A stretch of 64,000 bases of DNA from Octopus vulgaris. Lineage: Eukaryota. Position numbers and translations under genes: made by a program. Every line of letters starts with the position of its first letter. Position 1 is the first letter of the stretch. The DNA lies in the NCBI GenBank assembly GCA_951406725.2, contig OX597840.1:33914001-33978000 (forward strand). The letters are read 5' to 3'. Below the pieces are notes generated by a model. The model worked only from the letters and a program-made list of their open reading frames with translations. It was not told where the DNA came from and ran no database searches. Shown in pieces: positions 12,316 to 26,788 of this stretch.

Positions 12316-12922
12316 CGACCGACCAGTCCATCAGATGTAGTTACACATCGCTGGTCACAATGCGTTCGCATTGTTTTAGCCTTCGAATGACGCCACCCCG
12401 CTGGCTAAGCGAGCAGGCCAACAGAAGAAAGAGTGGGAGAAAGAGTGGTGAAAGAGTACAGCAGGGATCACCACCCCCCTGCCGGAGCCTCGTGGAGCTT
12501 TTTTATGTGTTTTCGCTCAATAAACACACACAAAGCTTGGTCTGGGAATCGAAACCGCGAGTCCGCTGCCCTAACCACTGGGCCATTGCGCCTCCACGAT
12601 ATATATATATATATATACGGGCTTCTTTCAGTTTCCATCAACCAAATCCACTTATAAGGTTTTGGTCAGCTCAAAACTAAAGTAAAAACATTTTTCCAAG
12701 TTGCCATGTAGTGGGACTGAACCCAAAATCATGTGGTTGGGAAGCAAGCATCTTACCACACAGCCACGCCTGTGCCTATGGCTGTAGAGAATGTCATCCA
12801 ATGTTTCATCCCAGAATCCCCTGAGAGGTAATTGTTAGAAGATGAAGAAAGGAACCTAAAGTGTCAACTTCTTGGACCAAAAATGCCTAGAATGATGATG
12901 CTGAAGACTATCAGATACTTAC

Positions 12923-13088
12923 GGCAGAGTTCTTGCGTCCTCCATTGGACAATCACACCTTCATTGGAACATTCCAGAGCATAGGCTGAGAATATCCTGC
13001 AGATTCCTGCCTGCAAAGCCTCATCAGCATTTATATCCGCATTACAGACATAGTTGACACAGAGGTCAAACCAGTGATTTACGTTCAC
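12923..13088 (-). CDS. Exon 11: C8-1 C-part
   Basis: VNVNHWFDLCVNYVC...YALECSNEGVIVQWRTQELC; phase 0-1. Confidence 0.93.
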
Positions 13089-14796
13089 CTGAAGCATAAA
13101 AAAAAAACAGAAAAAAATTATCTAAAAAGTAAATAAATAAATTAATAAAATAAGTACCATACTTAAAATGAACGTGGTGCTCCAGCATGGCCACAGCCTA
13201 ATGACTGATCCAAGTAAAAGAGTAGACTGTAACTACTGAGGTCTTGTTTGACTAAAACCCTTTAAGGCAATGCTCCAACATGGCCACAGTCCAATGACTG
13301 AAACAAGTAAAAGATAAAAGATAAAACATTAATAAAAGTATTGTTATATTTTGGGATGGTCATCCTTTTTTTATTTTTGCCAAATAAACACACACACTTA
13401 GCAGTTCGGCAAAAGAGACCGATAGAGTAAGTTCTAGGCTTATAAAGAACAAGTCCCAGGCAAAATCCTTAATGACATTTTCTCCATCTTTATTTCCAGA
13501 GTTCAAAATCTGCCAAGGGTGACTTTGCCGTTCATCATCTCTGGATCAATAGAATAAGTACCAGTCAAGTACCGGAGATCAATGTATTGACTTCTCCAAA
13601 AACTGTGTGCCCCGTGCTAAAATTTGAAAGAATTATTTGTCAGAAGAGGAATGACAACACTTGGGTCACTTTCAAAGATCTCCAATATAGGGTGGCAAGC
13701 TGGCAGAATTGTTAGCATGCCAGGTGAAATGCTTAGCGGTATTTTGTCTGCCGCCGTTACGTTCTGATTTCAAATTCCACTGAGGTCGGCTTTGCCTTTC
13801 ATCCTTTCGGGGACCGATTAAATAAGTACCAGTTATGGTACAGGAGATCGATGAAATTCACTTAATCCCTTTGTCTGTCCTTGTTTGTCCCCTCTATGTT
13901 TAGCCCCCTGTGGGCAATAAAGAAATAAATATTGGTAAAAAGAAGGGGGGGGTTATCTTCAGAGTAGAGACCTTGTTCTGAACACAATTCCCAAATTATG
14001 AGAGAGAGAGAGTGTGTGTGTGTGTGTGTGTGCATGCATGTGTGTGTGTCTATATAATTATATATGTATGTGCATGTGCTCGTGCATGTTATTATGTTGC
14101 ACAATGCATTACCATCTGTTACATTCCATTCCTACTCCAAGCGATATATCAATCGTACATTGTGCTTTGTAGGTAATACTGTTATTCCACTAGTCCGATT
14201 CCTTATTCCCATCACAGTGAATTATTATTATTATTCTTTTCTATTCTAGTCACAAGGCCCGAAATTTTTGGAGAAGGGGCCAGTGGATTAGATCGACTCC
14301 AGTACGCAACTGGTACTTAATATATATTTCTTTACTACCCACAAGGGGCTAAACACAGAGAGTACAAATAAGGACAGACAAATGGATTAAATCGATTACA
14401 TCGACCCCAGTGCGAAACTGGTACTTAATTTATCGACCCCGAAAGGATGAAAGGCAAAGTCGACCTCGGCGGAATTTGAACTCAGAACGTGGCGGCAGAC
14501 GAAATACTGCTAAGCATTTCGCCCAGCGTGCTAACATTTGTGCCAGCTCGCCGCCCAGCCAGCTCACCACGAGCTTGAAAGGATGAAAGGCAAAGTCGAC
14601 CTCAGCAGAATTTGAACGCAGAACGTAAAGACAGACGAAATACCACGTGTTTTCTCTCTTCAAAATGTTGGTGACCAATTTCTAACAGATGATCACCAGT
14701 TGTGATTCGATAACTGATGAATATACTCCAGTTGTGATCAATCGCTAGTAATTGTAATTATCAATTTAGAATTTGTAGTAAATAAGCTTCACTCAC

Positions 14797-14910
14797 CTTC
14801 ATGTGGCAACGAACGAACTTATGAGACTTAATGCTGCTGCACATCCGAATTGCAGTTTGTTCCTGGAATTTGTTGATGCACTGTCTTGGGAATCGTTCCG
14901 TGGGGATACA
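14797..14910 (-). CDS. Exon 10: C8-1 N-part
   Basis: CIPTERFPRQCINKFQEQTAIRMCSSIKSHKFVRCHMK; cttag / gtgagt; phase 0-0. Confidence 0.9.
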
Positions 14911-15102
14911 CTAAGGAAGACAAAAAAATGCACATTAAAAATAAACACATACATCGATATTCATTTATCGTAAACAGTTGTAAGTCATATGTCAGATAAA
15001 CAAGATTAGAGTCAAACTTTACATGTGGCAACCATGTAACAGGCTAACACTTATAATATGTGTGCGTTTGTGTATGTACATGTGTGTGTACATGTGTATG
15101 TT

Positions 15103-15165
<63 letters not shown>

Positions 15166-15624
15166 GAAATGAACAGAAGTGTGATCAGTATCTTCTCATA
15201 TATCAGGAAATTATACCCACTTTATTATGGATAAAATATGGATAAATTCATCGTCTCTGAGTATGAAATATCTCCTCATATCTCCGGAAATTACACCTAC
15301 AATATTATGGATGGATTTACCTTTTCTGTGAAGCTAACAAGCTTTTTTAAAACTTTTTATATAACTGTGCATCATTAGAGAACTTTGGAAGTCTGCTTAC
15401 AATCTAAATTTGCTTTTTATAGAACTCTCTTCGATACTTCATGAGTGTAGCCTCACCCCTAGTATGTTTGGCGAACTCATATGTGTTTTGGCTGATGAGT
15501 ACGGGACACTTGTATTTGCTGCAATATTTGCAGCTTTTAATAAAGCTGTTCTTCGTATGAAACAATTGTACTGAAAAACTAATCCATTCTTGTTGCTTTT
15601 TTCTTGTATACATATATATATATA

Positions 15625-16588
15625 CTGTACATCCTCGAGTATAGTCCGCCCTTGAGTATAATACGCAGGGAATTTTTAGGGGGCTGTACCTCTGAAAAAA
15701 CCTAAACTTTGTGTATAATACGCACCCTTTCTCTAACTTGAGTCAAGGAGGTCTATATAACATCCTTGGTTTGTAAAACTGTATACGGTAACGTCCTTTA
15801 TTATTATTGTATATATAACATAATGCAAACGTGTAGCTTTTTTGTGCATTTAGTTTGCAGAAAATAAAGAAATAACAGTAATAACGTTTAATAAAGATTT
15901 TTAGGTGGCTGTACCCCTGAAAAACCTAAACCTTGTGTATAATACGCACCCCTTCTCTAACTTCAGCCAAGGAGGTTTATATAACATCCTTGGTTTGTAA
16001 AACTGTATACGGTAACGTCCTTTATTATTATTGTATATATAACATAATGCAAACGTGTAGCTTTTTTGTGCATTTAGTTTGCAGAAAATAAAGAAATATC
16101 AGTAATAACGTTTAATAAAGATTTTTACGTGGCTGTACCCCTGAAAAACCTAAACCTTGTGTACAATACGCATCCCTTCTCTAACTTCAGTCAAGGAGGT
16201 CTATATAACGTCCTTGGTTTGTAAAACTGTATACGGTAACATCCTTTATTATTATTGTATATATAACATAATGCAAACGTGTAGCTTTTTTGTGCATTTA
16301 GTTTGCAGAAAATAAAGAAATAACAGTAATAACGTTTAATGAATGTTGCTTACTGCAAGTTATGGATGATTCTTTTATGACTTCATTGCTTTCAGGCTTA
16401 GCTTAAGGTATTTTCGCGTCCGACTTCACAAAATGCGTCTGAATAAACATTGCCGGACAGCAAATAGAGACTCGGACAGTGCTTAGAAAATATTTTTCAT
16501 CTTTAACCTCGTGTATAATATGCACTAGGGATTTTGACCTTTAAATTTTGGGGGGAGAAAAATGAGGATTATACTCGAGGATTTACGG
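15625..16588. mobile_element. Pogo/Tigger-like MITE with internal tandem duplications (copy 43401-44248; partial 27225-27345)
   Basis: TIR CCGTAAATCCTCGAGTATA flanked by TA. Confidence 0.8.
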
Positions 16589-16619
<31 letters not shown>

Positions 16620-17476
16620 AATGTAGGTAGGTAGGGTAAATCCCAGCTGTTTTCCCTTAAAATACATCTGCTTATTCCCTTATTGCAACCCAATGTGTCC
16701 ACAGTTGCCACGTTATGTTAGTCAAAATACATACTAAAATTGAGAATTAGAGAAATATTATTTGCAGAGTTATTGTATAACAAAACAGGCAAGTAGAAAT
16801 TGTTTTGTATTATTATTTATTCTCCATTACACGTGTTTCATTTGCTAACAGGAATCACAAACGTTTACATGTTAGATAGACATGTAAGGAATTTCCTAGA
16901 TGTCTATCTAATATGTAAATCTTTGTGGTTCTAATCAGCAAAATGAAACACATGTAATGGAAAATAAATGACACCAAAAAAATTCCACATACACATACAT
17001 ATATAGACTTTGTATATATTTAGGAGGAAGCACTCCGTCGGTTACGACGACGAGGGTTCCGGTTGATCCGAATCAACGGAACAGCCTGCTCGTGAAATTA
17101 ACGTGTAAGTGGCTGAGCACTCCACAGACACATGTACCGTTAACGTAGTTCTCGGGGATATTCAGCGTGACACAGAGAGTGACAAGGCCGGCCCTTTGAA
17201 ATACAGGTACAACAGAAGCAGGAAGTAAGAGTGAGAGAAAGTTGTGGTGAAAGAGTACAGCAGGGATCAACACCATCCCCTGCCGGAGCCTCGTGGAGCT
17301 TTAGGTGTTTTCGCTCAATAAACACTCACAACGCCCGGTTTGGGAATCGAAACCGCGATCCTATGACAGCGAGTCCGCTGCCCTAACCACTGGGCTATTG
17401 CGCCTCCACTACTTTGTATATATATACAAATGAAAGGGTTATAAAGCATTATATGAATCAGAATTAAACGTCATAC

Positions 17477-17562
17477 TGGGTTCAGACTGTCTGGAATTAT
17501 GTAGGAATTGGCAAATTCTTCTGAACTGCTGACAACTTTGTTCTCTCGGGTGACGAAATCAT
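17477..17562 (-). CDS. Exon 9: end of VWD1
   Basis: DDFVTRENKVVSSSEEFANSYIIPDSLNP; ttccag / gtatga; phase 1-0. Confidence 0.88.
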
Positions 17563-18090
17563 CTGGAAAGAACAGAAAAATGAAAGCAAAATTATTAAAT
17601 CTGTGTTATAGCATTATAACGTAAACGTCGCCCTTTTCAAGCCTAGCCAGGCTCATGGGCCCGGTTTCCCGGTTTCTATGGCAAATGTGTTCCCCCCAGC
17701 TGGACAGGACGCCAGTCCATCGCAGCGTTACTCTAGAAACAGGAAGAGAGATTGAGAGAAAGTTGGGGCGAAAGAGTACAACAGGGGTCGCCACCATCCT
17801 CTACCGGAGCCTCGTGGAGCTTTTTAGGTGTTTTCGTTCAATAAACACACACAACGCCCGGCCTGGGAATCGAAACCGCGATACCACCGACCGCGAGTCC
17901 GCTGCCCTAACCACTGGGCCATTGCGCCGCCTCATATCATTATATCATTATTAAATCCATATTACATAAGACAAAGAATTTGTCTGGCACACACACACAC
18001 ATGCATACACACACACACACGCACACACACACACACAATATGACTTGAGGTCTCCCAAACCAACATGGCAGCACTGCTTACTGTAACATC

Positions 18091-18122
<32 letters not shown>

Positions 18123-18126
18123 CACC

Positions 18127-18158
<32 letters not shown>

Positions 18159-18179
18159 CATCACCATCATCATCATCAT

Positions 18180-18211
<32 letters not shown>

Positions 18212-18566
18212 TCATCATCATCATCGTCATCGTCATCATCGTCGTCGTCATCATCATTATCATCATCATCGTCATCGTCATTAATATCCATGTTCCATGA
18301 TAGCATGGGTCGGATGGTTTGACAGGATCTGATGGGTCCAAGGACTGCAATGTTGCTCCAATGTCTGTTGTAACATGGTCCCTACGGCTGGATGCTCTTC
18401 CTGATGCCAACCACTTTATAGCATGTACCGGCTGCCTTTTTTTACGTACCACCAGCAATAGTAGGTCCGTCACGCAGCTTGAAATATAAGCCCTGGGGTG
18501 AGGCTGCGGTATGGGGCGTGGGGTCTATGTATTAAGAATCAAAACCAGAAGGAATGGCTCACTTAC

Positions 18567-18731
18567 CAGTGGGGTTATCATTGTAGTTCCCACACAATCC
18601 TTTGATGTTCTTAGATTTAGCGCTGTTTTGGAGGGTCACATACACTGAAGATTCGTTATCGAATTTAATTTTCAATCCCAAGGCAGAGTTTTCAATATGC
18701 ACAAAGTCGTCTTTCAGCACGATACTTGTAC
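18567..18731 (-). CDS. Exon 8: VWD1 C-part
   Basis: ...LGLKIKFDNESSVYVTLQ...IKGLCGNYNDNPT; GLCGN motif; phase 1-1. Confidence 0.93.
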
Positions 18732-19019
18732 CTACGAGAATGTAGAATGTAGAAAGATGGTGGTTTTAATGCCATTGCAAAAATAATGGCTATATAAGAA
18801 ATGAATCTGTATATATTTTAAGTTGGAAAGAAAGTCCCACTCAAGCTACAAATAATAAAATATGATATTAAAAAAATGGACGGGTTTATTAATGTCATCG
18901 ATCACTCATACAACAAATAATATAAAGTAAATGAATAGCTAAAATATGCACCACTTAAAAGTGGATGTAGTGTAAGAACATACAAATACTGCACTATTTT
19001 ACCGAGAGAGAAAACTCTC

Positions 19020-19625
19020 AGAAGGTGAGAAAGTCTTTAACGTTTTGAGCCTATGCACTTTAACAGAAATGACCACGAGAAAATAAACAGAGGGAGAATA
19101 CAAAAAGAACTTGTGGATTTAGTGGTCAATCATGGCGACTGGTTAGAAAAAGTTAGTTGGACAGGAGAGCTAGGAAGAAGGGGAGATAATAAAGTACTGG
19201 TGATCCTAAAACGAAGGTCGCATGTGTGTGTCTGTAAGTAAGAGTGTGTAAGTGTGTGCGCGTGGATAGAGGCTGGTGACTTTGACGTGTGAATGTGTGC
19301 GTGTGTGTGCATCTGTAATGTGTGCGTGTGTGTGCATCTGTAATGTGTGGGTGTGTGGATGATGGTGTGGGTGCTAGGAAGTGGTTAGTGCTAGTCACTT
19401 ACACACTCTCACATACAGACACACACATGTGCACCTTCATTTTGAGATCACCAGTACTTTATTATCTCCCCTTCTTGCCAGCTCTCCTGTGCAACTACCA
19501 TTTTGTAACCAGTCGCCATGATTGACCACTAAATCCATTTTTATTCTCTCTCTGTTTATTTCCTCGTGTTCCTTTCTGTTGAAGAGCATAGGCTCGAAAC
19601 ATAAAAGACTTTCTCGCTTTCCCGA
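19020..19625. repeat. Inverted repeat (about 240-bp arms), Penelope pLTR-like, with decayed hammerhead motifs
   Basis: Arms complementary; CTGTTGAAGAGC-ATAG-GCTCGAAAC at 19576-19600. Confidence 0.65.
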
Positions 19626-19883
19626 GCATCAAACTAGTACACCTGCTTGTTGTTTATACACCTGTCTTCGTCTTTTGTTCTTCTGTAAATTTCAAATATA
19701 TATGGCGCAGGAGTGGCTGTGTGGTAAGTAGCTTGCTAACCAACCACATGGTTCCGGGTTCAGTCCCACTGCGTGGCATCTTGGGCAAGTGTCTTCTGCT
19801 ATAGCCCCAGGCTGACCAATGCCTTGTGAGTGGATTTGGTAGACGGAAACTTAAAGAAGCCTCTTGTATATATGTATATATGT

Positions 19884-19914
<31 letters not shown>

Positions 19915-20113
19915 TACGTGTGTGTGTTTGTGTTTGTCCCCCTAGCATTGCTTGACAACCGATGCTGGTGTGTTTACGTCCCCGTCACTTAGCGGTTCGG
20001 CAAAAGAGACCGATAGAATAAGTTCTGGGCTTACAAAGAATAAGTCGCGGGGTCGATTTGATCGACTAAAGGCGGTGCTCCAGCATGGCCGCAGTCAAAT
20101 GACTGAAACAAGT

Positions 20114-20176
<63 letters not shown>

Positions 20177-20284
20177 TTCTTACTTTGGTTTGTCTCCAAC
20201 ACAGCTTGACAACTAGTTAATTATTAGACAATCTCTGAAATATATTAGACAACAGATGAATTATAAGGATTATTTAATACAAAC

Positions 20285-20387
20285 CATTAAAATACTGTGA
20301 ATCAGACAAGTCTAACTTGTGTGTGCCCATCAGGATATTATGGCCATTGGCTGTGATCTTGGTCTCACTGAATCTTATGTCCAGCCT
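20285..20387 (-). CDS. Exon 7: VWD1 middle (absent from the ORF track)
   Basis: tttcag| RLDIRFSETKITANGHNILMGTHKLDLSDSQYFN-G |gtttgt; phase 0-1 bridges exons 6 and 8. Confidence 0.85.
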
Positions 20388-20440
20388 CTGAAATAGAGTG
20401 TGTCTGTGTGAGTATATTTCTTATCTACACCTCATTTTGT

Positions 20441-20823
<383 letters not shown>

Positions 20824-21094
20824 AGCTTCCTGATTTCAAGGGGTCAGTCTCTGATTCCCTGAATATAGGTCCTGTGCATTTCTTTGTGCAAGTCTTCATA
20901 ATCTTCATCCCTCCTCATCCCTCCTCAACACATACCCATACCACCTCACTCCATTCGCCCTTGCCAACCATTCCATATACAGAAGGCCTAAGAATTTTTA
21001 TATAGGAATACAATGCTACATTTTTCAGTACCAACACTCTTTGTCATGGACTCATAAAAGAATCACTTTTCAAAATGTGAAAAATTAATGTTAA

Positions 21095-22326
21095 CCCTTT
21101 TGGTACCAACCAGGCTGAAACCGCTTCTAGCTCTGTAGTACAAATGTCTTGTTTTCATGAGTTTGAATTAAAATCTTCCACCAAACCTTAGTCACAATTT
21201 ATATTCTTAACACTAGCTTAATGATAACTGAGTTATTTTACTAAATTCTTTGTTATATTTAAAATTAATTGAAAGAAACACAGAGCATCTCAACAGAAAT
21301 ATGGTAACAAAAGGGTTAAAATATATATAATAGAGAAACAATTCTTAACCCCTTCAATACCAACCTGGTTGAAGCCACCTCTGGCTCTGAGTACAAATGT
21401 TTTGTTTTCAAAAGTTCTGAATTAAAATCTTCCACCAAACCTTAGTCACAATTTATGTTCCTAACACTAGCTGAATGATAACCAAGTTATTTTACTAAAT
21501 TCTTTGTTATATTTAAAATTAATTGAAAGAAACACAGAGCATCTCAACAGAAATATGGTAACAAAAAGGTTAAAATATATAAAAGAGAAACAATTTTAAC
21601 CCTTTTGATACCAACCTGGCTGAAACCGCTTCTAGCTCTGTAGTACAAATGTCTTGCTTTCATAAGTTTTGAATTAAAGTCTTCCACCAAACCTTAGTCA
21701 CAATTTATGTTCCTAACACTAGCTTAATGACAGCTAAGTTATTTTACTAAATTCTTTGTTATATTTAAAATTAATTGAAAGAAACACAGAGCATCTCAAC
21801 AGAAATATGGTAACAAAAAGGTTAAGATATATAATAGAGAAACACTTCTTAACCCTTTTGATACCAACCTGCCTGAAACAGCCTCTGGCTCTGTAGTACA
21901 ATTGTCTTGTTTTCATAAGTTCTGAATTAAAATCTTCCACCAAACATTATTCACAATTTATGTTCCTAACACGAGCTGAATGATGACTAAGTTATTTTAC
22001 TAAATTCTTTGTTATATTTAAAATTAATTGAAAGAAACACAGAGCATCTCAACAAAAATATGGTAACAAAAGGGTTAAAATATATAATAGAGAAACAATT
22101 TTAACCCTTTTGGTACCAACCTGGCTGAAACCACCTCTAGCTCTGTAGTACAAATGTCTTGCTTTCGTAAGTTTTGAATTAAAATCTTCCACCAAACCTT
22201 AGTCACAATTTATGTTCCTAACAGGAGCTTAATGATGACTAAGTTATTTTACTAAATTCTTTGTTATATTCAAAATTAATTGAAAGAAACACAGAGCATC
22301 TCAACAAAAATATGGTAAGAAAAGGG
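21095..22326. mobile_element. Tandem array of five piggyBac-type MITEs (about 252-bp period); second array about 41267-41985
   Basis: TTAA|CCCTTT ... AAAGGG|TTAA ends; constant spacer AATATATAATAGAGAAACAATT. Confidence 0.8.
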
Positions 22327-22372
22327 TTAATGGCTCACTGTTCCAAAAGTACTCAAAGATGGAATGATTTAC

Positions 22373-22575
22373 CTTTTTGCAAGTTTCAAGCCGAGAGCAG
22401 TTCTGAATGGTCAAATCGATGCTCCATAGTCCTGGTTTTACGGCCAATGTATATTTACAGTTCCCAGAGAAATCATAAAGGACACCATCAAATGTTCGAT
22501 AACTGTATGGTCCAAAATTTCGGCAAGTGGCAAATGGAAGGGCATGCGCCTTTTTGACAACATCTTTTGCGGTTG
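22373..22575 (-). CDS. Exon 6: start of VWD1
   Basis: ATCRNFGPYSYRTFDGVLYDFSGNCKYTLA (TFDG motif); phase 1-0. Confidence 0.93.
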
Positions 22576-22789
22576 CTGTAAAAGAAGAAAACAAATGTAG
22601 AAGACAATTTTTGCTGCCAAGGCGTGACATCCGCATTTTATCCAAGCACCCAAAGGACCCAACACTCAGACATATACATGAGTACATCCTCATAAATGAA
22701 ACATCCCCAGTACTAAATAGGAAATATACATAATAGATAATCATACCCCCATACCCATAGTTTATATTTATATGCATGTAGAATAGTTA

Positions 22790-23355
<566 letters not shown>

Positions 23356-23683
23356 TGTTTCTTTATTAGCCACACAGATCTGCACACAGACGGGACAGAT
23401 TACAAAGTAGAGTGTTTCATTTTTGAGGACAGAGAAAAAAAAATATAATAAAAAAAGTGGGGTAGGTTTTCGATCAAAAGGGATCGTAAAAGGGAAAGAA
23501 AAAAAAAGAAAAGAAAAAAGAAAGAAAAGGAAAAAGAAAAAGAAGGGAAAGGAAAAAACGATCAATAGGGATCGAGTATCACAGAAATGTCATGATGTAA
23601 AGTGTAAAGGGGGAAGCAGATAAGGTTTATCCGTGGAAAGAAAAGCCTACGGAAAAGACCACGGTAACCTCGGTCAATAATGT

Positions 23684-23717
<34 letters not shown>

Positions 23718-23748
23718 ATGGCATGTAATTGACAGTAAGAGAGATAAA

Positions 23749-23783
<35 letters not shown>

Positions 23784-23964
23784 CTTGTGTGTGTATGAGA
23801 AATAGAAAGGATTGAAGTCAGCGTGTGTGTGTGTGTGTGTGTATGAATGAGAGAGAGACAAAGAGAGCAAGAGAGAGAGAGAACGAGAAAAAGAGAAAGG
23901 AGAGTGTGATTGAAAGAAAGAGAGAGGGGGGACATGAAAGGGAGGCACGAAAGAGATAACTCAC

Positions 23965-24135
23965 AGTTGCCCGTGATTTCGCAAGCAATGCATTTGGAAT
24001 TGGTGAGGCCCCAGCTGCTGGCTGCGTTTCCCTGGCAACAATCGGCGTAGGTGTACACGATGTTTTGTTTGTGTTTGGCCTTTTCTCCGAAACAATGGCT
24101 CCCACTGTAACAGTAACCCATCGAATGGGACACGT
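23965..24135 (-). CDS. Exon 5: six-Cys TB/follistatin-N-like module
   Basis: GYCYSGSHC...YADCCQGNAASSWGLTNSKCIAC; tttgcag / gtgagt; phase 1-1. Confidence 0.9.
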
Positions 24136-24462
24136 CTGCAAAGGATTAAACAGAAAAAATAAAAATAATAATTTATTTATTTATTTATTGGTTTCACGTT
24201 GTTTTAATTTTTGAATTTGAAATGTTGACAAAGGACGATGATGATGATGATGATGGAGATAGTTTCTAATTTAAGCACGAGTCCGGCAATCTTGAGAGGA
24301 GCGAAATTAGTCGATTCACGCGGACACAATAATTACTTGACAGGAGGGACAAAAGGCAAAGTTGACCTCAGCAGGATTTGAACACACAATGCCAGTTGAA
24401 TGTCCACAAAGTACTTTGCCCGATGCCCTAACTTTTTCTGCTCATTCACTACCGTAATAATG

Positions 24463-24520
<58 letters not shown>

Positions 24521-24978
24521 TAACAATAATAATGGTGTCAAAGTTTGGCACAAGGCCAGCAAGTTCACAGGAGAGGGTAAGTTGATTATATGGATCCCAG
24601 TACTCAATTGGTACTTCTTTTATCAACTCTGAAAGGATGAAAGGCAAAGTTGACCTCAGTGGAATTTGAACTTAGAACAGAAAGACATATATTGCTTGCA
24701 ACTGATCAGGTAGCTCCTGGGTTTCATTTGCAGAGTGGGTCCCATTGTTCGACCACAATTTCTATTTGCAAAGGGATACAGAACACATGTCTACTAAAAA
24801 TAAATATCATGGGAAATTATTCACGATATAGTGGTTGTATAATGTCAACATAACGTGACAGTCCCATAAAGGGAATTACACCACCACTATTTAGCCCTAG
24901 GAAGCATCGACGCTTCCTGTCGGCTTTGACACATTTGCTGTGTCCTTATATTTGCAAAGGGGAGGCAAGCACCTCCAC

Positions 24979-25060
24979 CAGCTAGGACTAGCAACCTGAA
25001 GACATGCATGTTTCTGGGTTTTGCCCGTCATCAGTCCAGAGTAGCGAGTCCCGCTAGCTG
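24979..25060 (-). ncRNA. Type I hammerhead ribozyme with extended stem I
   Basis: Minus strand: UCUGGA CUGAUGA CGGG-CAAAA-CCCA GAA ACAUGCAUGU C^ UUCAGG; palindromic stem III; flanks pair further (GGACU/AGUCC, CAGCUAG/CUAGCUG). Confidence 0.75.
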
Positions 25061-25274
25061 AGATGCCTGCCAAGCCTTTGCTAATATATATATTTATAGT
25101 GAAATCTATTCACTGGTCACCGTAATTAGAAATATTGAATTTATAAATTTCTCAGAGACATGAACGGTGGTGGAGCGATAGAGAGAATATATTCACAATA
25201 TATTAGCATCAAAATATATTTTAACATATTATTCTTTCTGACCTTATTGATTATTATGTAACAAGAATGCTTAC

Positions 25275-25379
25275 CAGAAATTCGATCTTCGCAGCGATAA
25301 CCTCCGAAGTCTGAACGACAGGTACATTCATTCGGTTCATCACATGTACCCCCATTTCTGCAGGGTGGGTAACACACAG
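25275..25379 (-). CDS. Exon 4: EGF-like domain
   Basis: VCYPPCRNGGTCDEPNECTCRSDFGGYRCEDRIS; 105 nt, phase 1-1. Confidence 0.93.
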
Positions 25380-25794
25380 CTACAATTATAGAAAAAGACA
25401 AGCTTTTATCATAAGGTTAATGCATCAAATCGAACAGTCTGTCGACCTGAATTTCGTTTGTTCTTTCTCGAGCCATGCCTGGCTCATAAGGGCCACTTTC
25501 CCGGTTTCCTTGGCGTATAGGTTCTCCACTTTTGAGCGAATGAATCATTAATTTAAAACTTATTTGTAATGAATTTAGCATCTGAATAAAATATATCTTT
25601 ATTTATTTATAGTTTTCATCATAGTATATAGTAATTTTAAATAAAATATATTTCCTACTCCACCACAAATTAACATATTATATAGATCTTATTATATAAT
25701 AAAATGGCCAGAGATTATTTTTGATTAAAATATCTTTAGATACGTTTAAATATTTGTTGTGCAAGATTTTTTATGTGAAGTCGTGTGTTGAAAC

Positions 25795-26192
25795 AGATAT
25801 TGTTATATTTCGGAATGGTCATTTTGCCAGTTTAGCCAATAAAAACACACGCACTATATATTTGGTGTTACTTTGCTCCAGTGTTATTTATTTTTTACAT
25901 TAATCTTAATCTTATTTCGGCCAGAGTTCTTTCGTCACACTCCTGTGACCGCATCAGTGGTCCTTTGTTTGTTTTCTTCTTACTTAAGGAGAGACACAAA
26001 TAAGTAAGAAGAAAACAAACAAAGGACCACTGATGCGGTCACAGGAGTGTGACGAAAGAACTCTGGCCGAAATAAGATTAAGATTAATGTAAAAAATAAA
26101 TAACACTGAAGCAAAGTAACACCAAATATATAGTGCGTGTGTTTTTATTGGCTAAACTGGCAAAATGACCATTCCGAAATATAACAATATCT
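25795..26192. repeat. Near-perfect inverted repeat, 192-bp arms, 14-nt loop
   Basis: 25795-25986 is the reverse complement of 26001-26192 (one mismatch seen); single-arm relative at about 46425-46625. Confidence 0.9.
26024..26068 (+). ncRNA. Hammerhead-like motif with variant core (mirror copy 25919-25963 on minus; third copy about 46547-46590 on minus)
   Basis: CCA CUGAUGCG GUCAC-AGGAGU-GUGAC GAAAG-AA-CUC^UGG. Confidence 0.45.
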
Positions 26193-26736
26193 TTAGATAA
26201 TGTGAGGTATATTTGCCATCTCAACATGGCTAACCACTAAGGGTGGGTGTTACTGTAGCTTGTAGTCCCAGGAGAACATCTCCTCCAGCTGGCTTTAGGC
26301 ACACTTTCTGTGCCCTAAGGTATTTGCAAGGGAAGGTCATACCTCGTTCAGAGATTTATTATTATCTTTAGATAAATATTATTAAAGATGCATAAGAACA
26401 TTTTATGACCATTGTAATTTTTCTTTATTTAATTATTTTATCTATTGGAATTTTGCTTTTGTTATATTTATTATATTTTTGAATTATTAACACATATGCT
26501 TATCAGTCTTTTTACTCTTTACTCTTTTACTTGTTTCAGTCATTCGACTGCGGCCATGCTGGAGCACCGCCTTTAGTCGAGCAAATCGACCCCGGGACTT
26601 ATTCTTTTTGTAAGCCCAGTACTTATTCTATCGGTCTCTTTTTGCCGAACCGCTAAGTGACGGGGACGTAAACACACCAGCATCGGTTGCCAAGCAATGC
26701 TAGGGGAACAAACACAGACACACATACATACATACA

Positions 26737-26788
<52 letters not shown>

